From Paraspadella gotoi (lineage: Eukaryota > Animalia > Chaetognatha): a DNA stretch of 33,320 nt. Of this stretch, positions 1 through 13,360 are shown in pieces. The DNA lies in the NCBI GenBank assembly GCA_051294375.1, contig CM119264.1, positions 860,502-893,821 on the forward strand, read 5' to 3'. Under the pieces are notes generated by a model, which worked only from the letters and a program-made list of their open reading frames with translations, ran no database searches and had not been told where the DNA came from. The position numbers and the translations under genes are program-made. Position 1 is the first letter of the stretch, and every line of letters begins with the position of its first letter.

Positions 1-290
1 TCTCTCTCTCTCTCTCTGTCTCTCTCTCTCTTTCTCTCTCCCTTTGACTGGTAAAACTCTGTCACTCATGATGACAACAAGACCAAAATTATANNNNNNN
101 NNNNNNNNNNNNNNNNNNNNNNNNNNNNNNNNNNNNNNNNNNNNNNNNNNNNNNNNNNNNNNNNNNNNNNNNNNNNNNNNNNNNNNNNNNNNNGTCTCAG
201 TCAGTCTATCAGTGGACATTATGTTAAGTATAACCACCTTTTCGGCGATCCAATGAGAAACAGGAGGAAAAGCCAAATCCCTAAAGAAAT

Positions 291-599
291 TTGGCCTTAT
301 TTTACCAGAACGTCCCATTTCATCTTAATTATGAAATTAAATAATTAAATGTTAAAGGTCTGGGTTAAGAACTAGGGTTTAAGGTTAGGGTTTAATGATA
401 AAGATTAGCGATAAAAGATTAGAGATTAAAGATGTTAAATATTAGTGATTAGTGTTAGGATTTTGAGACAAACATTATAATATAATTAAGAATAAGGTTT
501 AGAAACAAAGGTCAGGGATTGAGTAATGGGATTCATAATAGATTGAGTGAAACATCTAGGATAAAATTAAAAGGGGACGCTTTCGGAAAAGAGAGCCAA
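291..599. mobile_element. Degenerate MITE-like element with imperfect terminal inverted repeats and a TTAGG/TTAAGG-like interior
   Basis: Left end ttggccttattttaccagaacgtccc (291-316) resembles the reverse complement of right end ggggacgctttcggaaaagagagccaa (573-599). The interior has degenerate ggttagggtt-type words. A similar word (ttcggaaaagagagtccaa) recurs at 31322-31340. No clear TSD. Confidence 0.4.
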
Positions 600-716
600 C
601 ATTTAGGTCGGATATAAGTTGTTCTTGTTTTATAACATTTTAAATATTATGCCTCTTCATTGAAAATGTAGCAAGGTACTGTGGGAGTGATGGAGGCATT
701 AAACCACCAAAGCCTG

Positions 717-757
717 TCCACACTCCACACTCCACACTCCACACTCCACACTCCACA
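717..757. repeat. 7-bp tandem repeat (TCCACAC)n, ~5-6 copies
   Basis: Read directly from the sequence. Confidence 0.9.
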
Positions 758-839
758 AGATAGTTTATTTATTGAACGAACGGATAATTTTCTGTCAGGA
801 CAGAAAAACGACTCTCAGCCAACGACAAGCAAACCGACT

Positions 840-1008
840 AACAACGACGACGACGACGACGACGACGACAATCAATAGTCAAGCGTCGACGTGATTTGGA
901 TTTTCGCCAGAAACTTGACTTCCGGTTTTGTGAAGACAGAATAAAGATGAGGAGGAGGAGGAAGAGGAGGGGAGGAGGAAAAGGAGGAGGGCAGTAGAAG
1001 AAGGAACA

Positions 1009-1077
<69 letters not shown>
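840..1077. repeat. Microsatellite cluster: (GAC)n, (GAG)n and (GAAA)n
   Basis: (GAC)n ~845-870, GAG-rich 948-991, perfect (GAAA)n ~1011-1077. Confidence 0.9.
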
Positions 1078-3664
1078 TAGTAAAGAACGAAATTAAAAAA
1101 AATATCTTTTTTTTTTTCTCTAAAATGAAAAAAAAACGAGAAAAGAATAAAAATAATCGACGAAAAAAAAGAAAGAAAAATAAGAAATTGAAACTTGATA
1201 ATTATCGGAAATTCTGGGATGGGTGGAGGGGAGAGAGAAAAGGAGAAATAAATGGAAAATAAAATGAGAAAGAAATAGAAAATAATTTGAAACAAAATAA
1301 AAAATTGAAAATTGATTCGTTTTAATTTGTCTATCTGTCGGTGTTTTTGCCAGTCACTTCGTCTATCTCTCTCTCNNNNNNNNNNNNNNNNNNNNNNNNN
1401 NNNNNNNNNNNNNNNNNNNNNNNNNNNNNNNNNNNNNNNNNNNNNNNNNNNNNNNNNNNNNNNNNNNNNNNNNNNNNNNNNNNNNNNNNNNNNNNNNNNN
1501 NNNNNNNNNNNNNNNNNNNNNNNNNNNNNNNNNNNNNNNNNNNNNNNNNNNNNNNNNNNNNNNNNNNNNNNNNNNNNNNNNNNNNNNNNNNNNNNNNNNN
1601 NNNNNNNNNNNNNNNNNNNNNNNNNNNNNNNNNNNTCTCTTTTTTTTCAGGATATCAGCTGAGATGTGTTATGACTTGGAGGACGGGTCTGGCCTTTGTG
1701 TGTGGAGATGGAGAGAGAGCGAAAGAAAGTGATAAAGATAGAGAGTGAGAGTAAAGAGAAAGAGAGTCTGCGAGAGGCGTGGATTAAGAGTAAAAAGGCG
1801 AAAGGAAGGCAGAGAAAAAGTGCCATCGGTCGAGCAAAGAAGAGAGAAAGAGAGAANNNNNNNNNNNNNNNNNNNNNNNNNNNNNNNNNNNNNNNNNNNN
1901 NNNNNNNNNNNNNNNNNNNNNNNNNNNNNNNNNNNNNNNNNNNNNNNNNNNNNNNNNNNNNNNNNNNNNNNNNNNNGAGAGAGAGAGAGAGAGAGAGAGA
2001 GTAATCGACGGTAATTTCCTTCATTTTCCTCCCAGCGACGATTCTCCCTTTCTTTTTCTCTTCCTGCTCCACCTCCTCCTACTTCTACTCTTCCTGCTTC
2101 TTTTTCTCCTCTCTCTCTTCTCTTCTCTCCTCTCTTCCTCTCTATTTTTCTTCCAATTCTGACTCTTTCTCTAAGAGAGGGATGAATTGTGATCTCAATG
2201 TAAGATCTATAATGTTATCTCAATTTCTAAAAGACAATTTATGGAACTTTAATGATTTCGAATAATATTGTAATTATTTTTGTAAAATATACATTTCAAA
2301 TAAATATGAATATTTCATGAATCCACAATGAAATTTATTTTGATCGGTGAAATAACTAGTGCAATTTCTTTCTTGGATTTTTTTTCTTATTTTTAATAGT
2401 TTTTCTTAAAAAATTAAAAGAAGTCCTAAAAATATAAGTGAAATAGTTAAAAATAATTGTAATAGCACTCCCTCTCTTCTTCTCTCCTTTCCTCCTGTCA
2501 ACATGNNNNNNNNNNNNNNNNNNNNNNNNNNNNNNNNNNNNNNNNNNNNNNNNNNNNNNNNNNNNNNNNNNNNNNNNNNNNNNNNNNNNNNNNNNNNNNN
2601 NNNNNNNNNNNNNNNNNNNNNNNNNNNNNNNNNNNNNNNNNNNNNNNNNNNNNNNNNNNNNNNNNNNNNNNNNNNNNNNNNNNNNNNNNNNNNNNNNNNN
2701 NNNNNNNNNNNNNNNNNNNNNNNNNNNNNNNNNNNNNNNNNNNNNNNNNNNNNNATCCAATTGTGAAGTCGTGATTATCGTTCACAAATGATTTAAACTG
2801 ACGGAACATATTATTGTCACCTGAACAAAACGTAATTTTTAAATGAAATAAAAAGATAAGCTCAAAACAAATTTATCGTTTTAAGAACGAATGTAAATAA
2901 AAAAAAAAAAAAAAATTATTGCATAATTTAAAAATAATATTATGCTCATCAGGCTAAAACTCTTTTGATAAATGTTTTTTTTATGAGAACTGCGATTAAG
3001 TCGGCAGAAGACTACTATCCTCAATAAGGTGGGCCAAAATTGAACACTTTTTATAACTTTTAATNNNNNNNNNNNNNNNNNNNNNNNNNNNNNNNNNNNN
3101 NNNNNNNNNNNNNNNNNNNNNNNNNNNNNNNNNNNNNNNNNNNNNNNNNNNNNNNNNNNNNNNNNNNNNNNNNNNNNNNNNNNNNNNNNNNNNNNNNNNN
3201 NNNNNNNNNNNNNNNNNNNNNNNNNNNNNNNNNNNNNNNNNNNNNNNNNNNNNNNNNNNNNNNNNNNNNNNNNNNNNNNNNNNNNNNNNNNNNNNNNNNN
3301 NNNNNNNNNNNNNNNNNNNNNNNNNNNNNNNNNNNNNNNNNNNNNNNNNNNNNNNNNNNNNNNNNNNNNNNNNNNNNNNNNNNNNNNNNNNNNNNNNNNN
3401 NNNNNNNNNNNNNNNNNNNNNNNNNNNNNNNNNNNNNNNNNNNNNNNNNNNNNNNNNNNNNNNNNNNNNNNNNNNNNNNNNNNNNNNNNNNNNNNNNNNN
3501 NNNNNNNNNNNNNNNNNNNNNNNNNNNNNNNNNNNNNNNNNNNNNNNNNNNNNNNNNNNNNNNNNNNNNNNNNNNNNNNNNNNNNNNNNNNNNNNNNNNN
3601 NNNNNNNNNNNNNNNNNNNNNNNNNNNNNNNNNNNNNNNNNNNNNNNNNNNNNNNNNNNNNNNN

Positions 3665-3846
3665 TGAGAGAACTTCTAGTTTTCAACCTGTTCCGGCCTA
3701 ATCCTCAACTACTGTGACCCCTTACCAGCAACGGAACGGGTCCTTGGGAGTTTTCAATGCTCCTCAGGCGGTAGGTATCATTGGGAATCGATCACGATAC
3801 CTTATGGACATGAGCAGATGGTATTAATCAATGAGCCACCGGGTCA
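3665..3846 (-). mobile_element. Probable tRNA-derived SINE (copy 1; 3' end abuts a gap)
   Basis: Minus strand reads gacccggTGGCTCATTGAttaatacc...gtGATCGATTCCcaat, i.e. Pol III A-box-like and B-box-like words at tRNA-like spacing, then a ~110-bp body. GC content is higher than the flanks. Confidence 0.45.
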
Positions 3847-3989
3847 CGACTGAAGGGTACATGCTTACATGCGGGGTGAACTAATAGCAAATCCCGTCGA
3901 CAGATCGAACAATTTCCTAAATCTAAGATATTCCTCTCTCATCCTTTCCGACTTCTATCTGCAAATCGGTTTCCTTTGTCACATAACGG

Positions 3990-4031
<42 letters not shown>

Positions 4032-4954
4032 GCCTTCGTCGACCGTGGAAATCACGTTTTCACGATCCAATTGTGAAAAGTCGGGTGATTATCGTTCACA
4101 AATGATTTAAAACTGACGAACATATGTAATTGTCACTGAACAAAACGTAATTCTTTAAAATGAAATAAAAGAAATAAGCTTCAAAACAAATTATCGTTTT
4201 AAGAACGAATGGTAAAATAAAAAAAAAAAAAAATTATTGCCATAATTTAAAATAATATTATGCTCATCAGGCTAAAACTCTTTTGATAATGTTTTTTATT
4301 TTATGAGAACTGCGATTGAAGTCGGCAGAGAACTACTATCCTCAATAAGGTGGTGCCAAATGTGTAACACTTTTTATTAACTTTTAATTCTCTCAAAATA
4401 AATTCCTTTTTTTCCTTCTATTACTAAAATCGATTTTGAATGAACTTTTTGGAATTTAGTTCATTGGGTTGTTGCAACTGAAGCTTTTAAATATTGTATT
4501 AATATATAACAAATGACAAAAATTATTTTTTTAAAAAAATTAGTTTTTTAAGAACGGATTCCTATAGAGCTTGTGTCAAAAAGTTAAATGGAAAGATTAG
4601 CTACTACACCATTTTTAAAAATTTTTACAAGAATATTGGTTATAAAACAGAAAAAACGTTAAAATCATCCATCATCAGTCATTCAATTGGCATGAATTTT
4701 GATAGTTTTTTAAAATTTTTATATCAAGTAAAACAAACAAAAATTTTTAAAAATTTGTAAATTAAATAAACCTTCTTAATCTAACTTTTAAAGCTGCTAT
4801 CAAGGAATTCCAATTAAAAAAAATTGAAAAATTCAAAAAAATTTTTAACTTTACTATATGTAAATAAAATAATCTTTAAATGCTTTCCGTGCGCTTATTA
4901 ATAAGATAATTTTTAAAATTATTTTTATTTTTCATATTCTCTAACAGTCACTTT

Positions 4955-5162
4955 ATCATTATTTATTTGAGAAGAACTTCTTAGTTTCAAACCTGTTTCC
5001 GGCCTAATCCTCAACTACTGTGACCCCTTACCAGCAACGGAACGGGTCCTTGGGAGTTTTCAATGCCCTCCTCAGCAGCGGTCAGGTATCATTTGGGAAT
5101 CGATCACGATACCTTATGGACTATGAGCAGAGGTATTAATCAATGAGCCACGCTACCGGTCA
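4955..5162 (-). mobile_element. Probable tRNA-derived SINE (redundant copy of 3665-3846, showing an A-rich 3' end)
   Basis: Same sequence as 3665-3846 with indels. The minus strand ends ...ttctcaaataaataatgataa. Confidence 0.45.
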
Positions 5163-5311
5163 AACGACTGAAGGGTACATGCTTACATGCGGGTGCAACT
5201 AATAATGCAAATCCCGTCGACAGATCGAACAATTTCCTAAATCTAAGATATTCCTCTCTCATCCTTTCCGACTTCTATCTGCCAAATCGGTTTCCTTTGT
5301 CACAATAACGG

Positions 5312-5404
<93 letters not shown>

Positions 5405-5502
5405 GAGGCCTGCGACGGTCACTCTCTCTCGTCCCTCAATTCCATCGATTTAGCTAACGGTCTTCCTCCTCTATGCACTTTTTCCTCGATTTGTATTTAC
5501 TC

Positions 5503-5561
<59 letters not shown>

Positions 5562-5619
5562 ATCTTCTTTCTTCTTTTCTTTCTTTCTTTCTTTCTTTCT
5601 TTATTTCTTTCTTTATTTT

Positions 5620-5652
<33 letters not shown>

Positions 5653-6588
5653 TTCTCTTTCTCGTTTGTTTTAAGGGGACCAGTGATAAAAATGATATCA
5701 TAAGCTTAAGGGTCTAATCATCAAAGGAATTTGAGTGGTGATAGTCATTAATTTTCTTTGCACGGGAAAGTGGCAAAAAAATTCTTATCTCTTATTGTAG
5801 GGAAACAAAAATTTAATAATTATGAAAAAAAATTTAGTTGACCTCTACCTAAATATTTATATAATCCATTATTTTATTTTTTCATTAGAAGTATTTTTTA
5901 TTAAATTCCAATTTTTTATTTTTTACTGTACAAAGCTATAAATTTTAGTTTAAGCCTCATTGAACAAAGGCTTTACAAGACTAATATTTTTTTATTTTTT
6001 ATATTTACTTAAAAGCAGACAAATCAACCTAAATTCTATTCTTTACAGAAACAAAACTGTAATAATTATTAATTAATATTCATATTCATCCCTTAAATGT
6101 ATAATTAAACTATTATTGATTCCTAATTATAACAATAAAAAATTTAGCGAAAAGTAACAGAATCTTTATCTTCTTTTTATATTATATTATTTCAAAGAGT
6201 TTTTATTTTCTATCCAATTAACAGAATCATTTGAAAAGAAAGTTTAAATAAAATCAGTCGATACCTTAAATTTTGATTCATTCCTAGTTTTTTTTCTTAT
6301 AAATTTTTGTAATAAAAGCTGAAAATCTTTTTAAAATTAGATCTTACTCTTTTTTTGGAAAAAAAAAAATTTTTTAAACTTGAAAAAGATTTTCTTCTTA
6401 CGATTTTTTTAAAGAAAATTAAGCTCGCTGATTTTATCGAATTTTTTAACTACTTTCCCAAATGATTATAGAAAGAAAAATTATATGATCAGAACCAGCT
6501 TAGGTTAAAGGGTCAAACGTTATGTTTTCAGCTTTTTACCCTCCCCTGTCACTTCGGTCCCCTNNNNNNNNNNNNNNNNNNNNNNNNN

Positions 6589-6644
<56 letters not shown>

Positions 6645-7820
6645 CTCTCCTCTTCTCTCTCTGATTCTCTTGGCCTGCGACGTCACTCTCTCTCTGTCCC
6701 TCAATTTCCATCGATTTAGCTAACGGTCTTCCTCCTCTATGCACTTTTTCCTCGATTTGTATTTACTCTCTTTCTTTCTTTCTTACTTTCTTTCTTTCTT
6801 TCTTTCTTTCTTCTTTCTTTCTTTCCTATCTTCTTTCTTTCTTTTTCTTTCTTTTCTTTCTTTCTTTTATTTCTTTCTTATTTTTTTCTTTCTCTCTTTT
6901 CTCTCTCTCTCTGCTCTCTTTCTCTTTCTCGTTTGTTTTAAGGGGACCAGTGATAAAATGATATCATAAAGCTTAAGGTCTATCATCAAAGGAATTTGAG
7001 TGGTGATATGTCATTAATTTTTCTTTGCACGGGAAAGTGGCAAAAAAATTCCTTATCTCTTATTGTAGCGGATAACAAAAATTTAATAATTATGAAAAAA
7101 AATTTAGTTGACCCTACCTTAATATATTTATATATCCATTATTTAATTTTTGCATTAGAAAGTATTTTTTATAATATCCATTTTTTATTTTTTACTGTCA
7201 AAGCTTATAATTTTAGTTTAAGCCTCATTGAACAAAGGCTTTACAAGACTAATATTTTTTTATTTTTTATATTTACTTAAAAGCAGACAATTCAAACCTA
7301 AATTCTATTCTTACAGAAAACAAAACTGTAATAATTATTAATTAATATTCATATTCATCCCTTAAATGTATAATTAAACTATTATTGATTCCTAATTTAA
7401 ACATTAAAAAATTAGCGAAAAGTAACAGAATCTTTATCTTCTTTTTTATTTATATTATTTCAAAGAGTTTTATTTTTTCATCCAATTAACAGAATCATTT
7501 GAAAAGAAAGTTAAATAAAATCGAGTCGATACCTTAAATTTTGATTCATTCCTAGTTTTTTCTTATAAATTTTTGTAATAAAAGCTGAAATCTTTTTAAA
7601 ATTATTGTTCATCTTACTCTTTTTTGGAAAAAAAAATTTAACTTGAAAAAGATTTCTTCTTACCGATTTTTAAAGAAAATTAGCTCGCTGATTTTATCGA
7701 ATTTTTAACTACTTTCCCAAATGATTTAATGAAGAAAAATATATGATCAGAACCAGCTTAGGTTAAAGGGTCAAACGTTATGTTTTCAGCTTTTTACCCC
7801 CCCTGTTCACTTGGTTCCCT
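5312..7820. repeat. Tandem redundant copy: 5312-6563 matches 6589-7820 across a 25-N gap
   Basis: Collinear near-identity of ~1.2 kb of AT-rich unique sequence plus (CT)n/(CTTT)n. Gap 6564-6588 is exactly 25 N. Confidence 0.92.
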
Positions 7821-9521
7821 TAACAGCGTTTCTCCCATGAAACCGATATGAAATTCTGAGAAAATCTTGTTTACGCTTCTTTCTCTTTAGCTTATTCGTT
7901 GTTATTTTGTCGTCGTCTCTCCTCCTCCTCTTCCTTTTTCTTTCTTCTCTTCCTCCAATAAACATAAAAAAGAAAAAAAAAGAAAAAAGAAAAAAAGAAA
8001 AAGAAAAACAAAAAAACATTTATGCAGATGTAAGAAAAAAACAGAAGAAAAAAAGAAATAATAGAATACAATAACCGAAAAAACGTTTCATTCCGTTTTC
8101 TCAATTCTAAACTTAATTTAAACTTATAAAATATATCTTTGTATTTTAACAAAATTTATAACCTAATCTTCAAACCATGAACTTATAATCTCTGTAAATT
8201 GAATCCATTTGTCTCTATTACTATAATATCCTTAACCCATCATACCAAGAATTAAATTCTGGAATTTGATTTGAAATTGGGAAAATTTTGGCAAAATATG
8301 GCCTAACTTTGGCCAAAAAAAGAGACGTCTGAACTAAGTATCTTGACTCAATAAGATTGTGTTTTTGTTTTCTTATGTTGTTTTTTTGAAAAATTAAAAA
8401 AAAAATAAAAAAAAAGCGAGACGGCGGTTGCATGTTCAGACAATATGGCGCAATTTTTTTTTGGCCACATTCACTATGTACTACGACAGATACTGAGAGA
8501 GAGGAAAGAGAGACGAGAGAAAGAGAGAGACGAGAGAGAGAGAGAGAAGAGTAGAGAGAGAAGAGAGAGAGAGAGAGAGCACCTTCACAGTTTCCTGTCA
8601 CAAATATTTTCTTTATCACTGCTGCGTTTATTATATTTTTCCGGAGAGAGTATTTCTCCTTCTTGGACAGGACCATTTGAGACAGAGAGGGAGGAGACTA
8701 GAAGAGAGAAGAGAGAGAGAGAGAGAGCTTAAAAATTCCATCCAGTTTCCATTCGCAGATCAACGAATCAGACAAAAACAACCACCCTTCCTGCTGTTTT
8801 ATCTCCTTTTCCGTTTTTATTTTCATTTTTCATTCTTGTTTCCTTCTGTTTCTTTTCTGTTTTCCTCTGTCTTTTTTTCCTTCTGATTCTTTTCTTTTCT
8901 TTCAATTTTTTTCTTTTTTCCTTCTATTTCTTTTCTTTTCCTTCTATTTCTTTTCTTTTTTCCTTCTGTTTCTATTCTTTTTTTCTTCTGTTTTTTTTCT
9001 GTTGCGGTCTTTTGTGTTCTCTACAATTTTTCCATTCTTTTTTCTTTTTCTCCTCTCTAATATCTTTTTTTTTCTCCTTCTGTTCTATTCTTTTTTCTTC
9101 TGTTTTTTCTGTTCGTCGCTTTTGTGTTTCTCTTCCCTTTTTCCCTTTTTCTTTTTTTCCTTCGCCTCGTTTTCTCATATAATGTGAATATAATGACGAG
9201 GCAGATGCTTAATAGAATAAGGCGAGAAAGACTCTGGAATTTGCATACTAAGAACCAAGAAACACAAAACGCAACACGAGAGAAAGCATTGCAGGTGAAC
9301 GAATCTGCTCGCACGGTGTAGTCCGCTTTGTGAATTCATTGCATTTTCACGAATTGGAAACTTTTTCTCACCAAATGTTAGGAGAATTTTAATCCGCTAT
9401 TCTATCTTGATATAATCTCTTAAGTATACGTAATAGAAGTAATAAAACCTGGGATAAGGCCCTAGCTGCCACTGGAATTATTTCGTACCAGCTTCAGGAG
9501 TTTTTAATATATGTTTGATTA

Positions 9522-9938
9522 TTTTTCAGTTGCGCCCAACCGACGTTTATCTTCGTGCAATCCATTCGGATGTCACTCTGATCGGTCGAGTCAGTCGTCG
9601 GTCGGTCTGTTAAGTCGGTCGGTGTGTATAACTTAGTTAAAATGCACATAAGTCTCAGCCTTTAGAGTTGCGTTGTTTCATTTGCTTTAAGACAGTGAAA
9701 AACGTCCAAGACGGACTGTCGATTGCGCCGCCTTTAAAATCTTAAAAAACTTTATAAGTAACAAAAGAGACGCTACATTCCAAATACCAGTGCAAGCGTC
9801 AAAATAACAACAAGGCTAAAGAAACTCTATAGTAGTTCATATCCATGTCATTTTCATGACCGTTCATCAATAGGAAAAAATATCACGTTGAAAAAAGTCC
9901 ACTTATCCAGTGCAACACATTGGATGAACCGATTTTGT
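9522..9938 (+). mobile_element. HINE/DINE-1-like element, error-rich redundant copy of 12672-13031
   Basis: Collinear with 12672-13031 and shares both flanks with it, so it is not an independent insertion. Confidence 0.55.
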
Positions 9939-11284
9939 GGTATTGAGTGATCTCAGAAAGTTTATAATAACAGATTCATTCACCGAACGATTGAAACGAA
10001 CGACGAGATAAATGATAACAATGCATAATAACGACGACGATTAATGATAACAATAACGACACGATGGATAATGAGCTATACAATCTGTAGTGACGTACGA
10101 CTACGACGAGCTAACTCGTGATCGGATACACGATGACGACGATACGACGAATACACGACGCATGATAACGACGATTGATAACGACGATGCGATAAACGAC
10201 AAAGCGCGGTGGTGAGCGAAGGTGTTTCCTATCTGGTATGTCAGTTATATCTATATGTATAATGGGTGATTATTATATAGAGGACGCAGACTGAGACGAC
10301 GTAGAAAGGCGCAGAGAGAGAGACGATGAACGCTCTACTGTCACAATATTTTTCTCATAGTACGCTTTAAAAGCTTTTAGAAGAATGTGAGGCCAGCAAT
10401 GTAGACTCAATATGTCGGGGATGACCAGCTGTCAAAGATTATGAAGGTGTCGCTTGAGCAGTGATGAAGTGTTGGAGTCGTGGCAGCATCGTAGGCGCAG
10501 TGACAAAAATGAGCTTGAAAATTGTTGTGAGGAAAGAATTACGATCTCTCTCTTTAACAGCGTTTCTCCCATGAAACCGATATGAAATTCTGAGAAAATC
10601 TTGTTTACGCTTCTTTCTCTTTAGCTTATTCGTTGTTGTTGTTGTCGTCGTCTCTCCTCCTCCTCTTCCTTTTTCTTTTCCTTCTCTTCCTCCAATAAAC
10701 TAAAAAGAGAAAAAAAAGAAAAAAGAAAAAGAAAACAAAAAAACATTTATGGAGATGTAAGAAAAAACAGAAGAAAAAAAGAAATAATAGAATCAATAAC
10801 CGAAAAACGTTTCATTTCCGTTTCTCAATTCTAAACTTAATTTAAACTTATAAAATATAATCTTTATTTTAACAAAATTTATAACCTAATCTTCAACCAT
10901 GAACTATAATCTGTAAATTGAATCCATTGTCTTATACTATAATCCTGAACCCTCATACCAAGAATTAAATTCTGAATTTGATTTGAAATGGGAAAATTTT
11001 GGAAAATATGGCCTATCTTTGGCCAAAAAAAGAGACGGCTGAACTAAGGTATCTTGACTCAATAAGATTGTGATGTTTTCTTATGTTGTTTTTTGAAAAA
11101 TAAAAAAAAGAGAGAGAGAGAGGGAGAGAGGAGAGAGAGAGAGGAGAGAGAGAGAGAGCAGCGTGCCCTCACAGTTTGCTGTCACAAAATATTTCTATCT
11201 ACTGGCGTGCCTTAGTTCATATTTTTTCCGGAGGGAGGTTTTCTTCCTTCTTGGAAGGAGGACCATTTAAGAAGAGAGGGAGAG

Positions 11285-11330
<46 letters not shown>

Positions 11331-12671
11331 AAAAAAAAAATTCCATCCCAGTTTTCCCATCGCAGATACAACGAACTTCAGAAACAAAAACACCTTCCTG
11401 CGTTTTTATTATCTCGCCTATTTCCGTTTTTAATGTTAAATTATTTTCCCTTCTGTTTTTGTCTTTTTCCTTCTGATTTTTTCTTTTCTGTCTGTTCTTC
11501 TGTTTCTTTTATTCTTAATCATTTTTTTTCTTGATCTTTTTCGCTCTTTTGTTTTCTCTTTTTGTTTCTTTTCTCTTTTTCTCTGTTCTTTTGCCCTTTT
11601 GCGCTTTCCTTCTATTCTTTTTTTCTTCACTTCTTTTTTTTTTCTTTTTTCCTTCTGTTTTTTCTGTTTTCCNNNNNNNNNNNNNNNNNNNNNNNNNAAT
11701 AAAAAAAAAGCGAGACGGCGGTTGCAATGTTTCAGACTAACTTATGGCGGAATGTTTTCTGTTTGCCAAGTTCAACCTATGTACTAGAACAGAGAATCTG
11801 AGCAGAGAGAGAGAGGAGGTAGACGAGATAGATGAAGAGAGGATAGAGGAGAAGCCGATTGAGATTGATCTGACTGTATGGAGACGAGGGAGAGAGAGAG
11901 AGAGCAGCGTGCCCTCACAGTTTCCTGTCACAAAATATTTCTATTTTCTACTGCGTCTTATTTCATATTTTTCCGGAGAGAGGATTTTCTTCCTTTCTTG
12001 GAAGGACCATTTAGAAAGAGAGGGAGAGAGCTCAGAGAGAGAGAGAGAGAAGAGAGTAGAGAGAGCTTAAAAATTCCATCCCAGTTTTCCATCGCAGATA
12101 TCAACGAACTTCAGACAAAAACACCTTCCTGCCTGTTTTATCTTCCTTTTCCGTTTTTATTCAAATCTCTCTCTTTTTCTGTTTCGTCTTTTTGTGTTTC
12201 TCTACCATTTTTCCATTTTTTTTCTTTTTCTCCTTCTATTTCTTTTTTTTTTCCTTCTGTTTCTATTCTTTTTTCTTCTGTTTTTTTTCTGTTTCGTCTT
12301 TTTGTGTTTCTCTACCATTTTTCCCTTTTTTTTCCTTTTCTCCTTCAGCCTCGTTTCCAAAAAGTGAATAATGACGAGCAGATGGTTGAGGAAGAAAAGG
12401 CGAGAAGACTCAGAATTTGCAACTGCAAGAAAAAAAGCCACAACGGAGAGAAACAATTGCAGTTAACGAATCTGCTCGCACAGTTTCGCTTGAATTCATT
12501 GCATTTTCACGGAATTGGAAACTTTTTCTCACCAAATGTAGGAAATTGTAATAGCCTATTCTATCTTAGATTATCTTAAGTTCGTAATAGTAAGTAAAAA
12601 CGTGGATAAGGCCCTAGCTGCCATGGAATTATTTCGTACCAGGCTTCAGGGTTTTAATATATGTAGATATA

Positions 12672-13031
12672 TTTTTAGTTGCGCCCCGAGTACTCGTGAG
12701 TACTCACGGAGCAACTCTATACTCGGTCGGTCTGTCGGTCTGTCTGTAAGTCGGTCGGTCAAACTTATGTTAAAAATGCACATAATTCGCCTATAGTTGG
12801 TTGTTCATTTGTTAAGACAGGAAAAAACGTCAAAGGGACTGCTTGCGCCGCCTTTAGGAAATCTTAAAACTATAAAGAACAAAAGACGTAATTCCAATAC
12901 AGTGCACGTCATAAATACACAGGCTAAGAAACTTATAGTAGTCATATCATGTCTATCATACCTGTTATCATAGGAAAATACACGTGAAAAAAAGTCACTA
13001 CAGTGCAACACATTGGATGAACCGATCTTGT
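12672..13031 (+). mobile_element. Non-autonomous Helentron-associated (HINE/DINE-1-like) element, full length
   Basis: Starts in a T-run, then AGTTGC...GCAACT 5' hairpin enclosing the palindrome cgtgagtactcacg, a (GTCG/GTCT)n microsatellite, a conserved body, a 3' GCAAC subterminal inverted word and a small hairpin attgg-atgaa-ccgat (13012-13026). Diverged copies with different flanks lie at 22025 and 29461. Confidence 0.7.
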
Positions 13032-13072
13032 GTCTTTGAGATTGATCTCAGAAAGTATAACAATTTCATCCA

Positions 13073-13254
13073 CGACGATGAAAACGACGACGATGATAAC
13101 AATGATAATAACGACGACGATAATGATAACAATAACGACGATGATAATGACGACAACAACGATAATGACGACAACAACGACGATGATAACATCGACGATA
13201 ACGATGACGATAACGACGATGATAACGACGATGATAACGACGATGATAACGACA
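13073..13254. repeat. Compound trinucleotide repeat (GAC/GAT/AAC/AAT)n with a 15-bp higher-order unit GATAACGACGATGAT-like
   Basis: Read directly; degraded duplicate at ~9990-10200. Confidence 0.88.
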
Positions 13255-13323
13255 AGGTGGCGATTTTCCTTTGGTTGTAGTATTAATCTGAGAAGAGGAG
13301 AGAGAGAGAGAGAGAGAGAGAGG

Positions 13324-13360
<37 letters not shown>

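Larger units (their letters stand above)
2755..5400. repeat. Tandem redundant copy: 2755-4028 (gapped) matches 4065-5400
   Basis: 2755-3064 matches 4065-4388 and 3665-4028 matches 4968-5400, differing mainly by 1-nt indels. The 579 bp at 4389-4967 corresponds to the 600-N gap at 3065-3664. Confidence 0.9.

Noticed and set aside
1641-1750. Acceptor-like tttttttcag|G followed by short open frames
   Set aside because: No convincing donor, no recognisable peptide, and it sits next to a gap.
10544-10555. atctctctcttt at a duplication junction resembling the start of the PacBio SMRTbell adapter
   Set aside because: Only 12 nt of low-complexity match in a CT-repeat-rich genome; not diagnostic.
12984-13280. 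Asp/Asn-rich 98-aa ORF
   Set aside because: Starts inside the HINE-like element and consists of a compound trinucleotide repeat.
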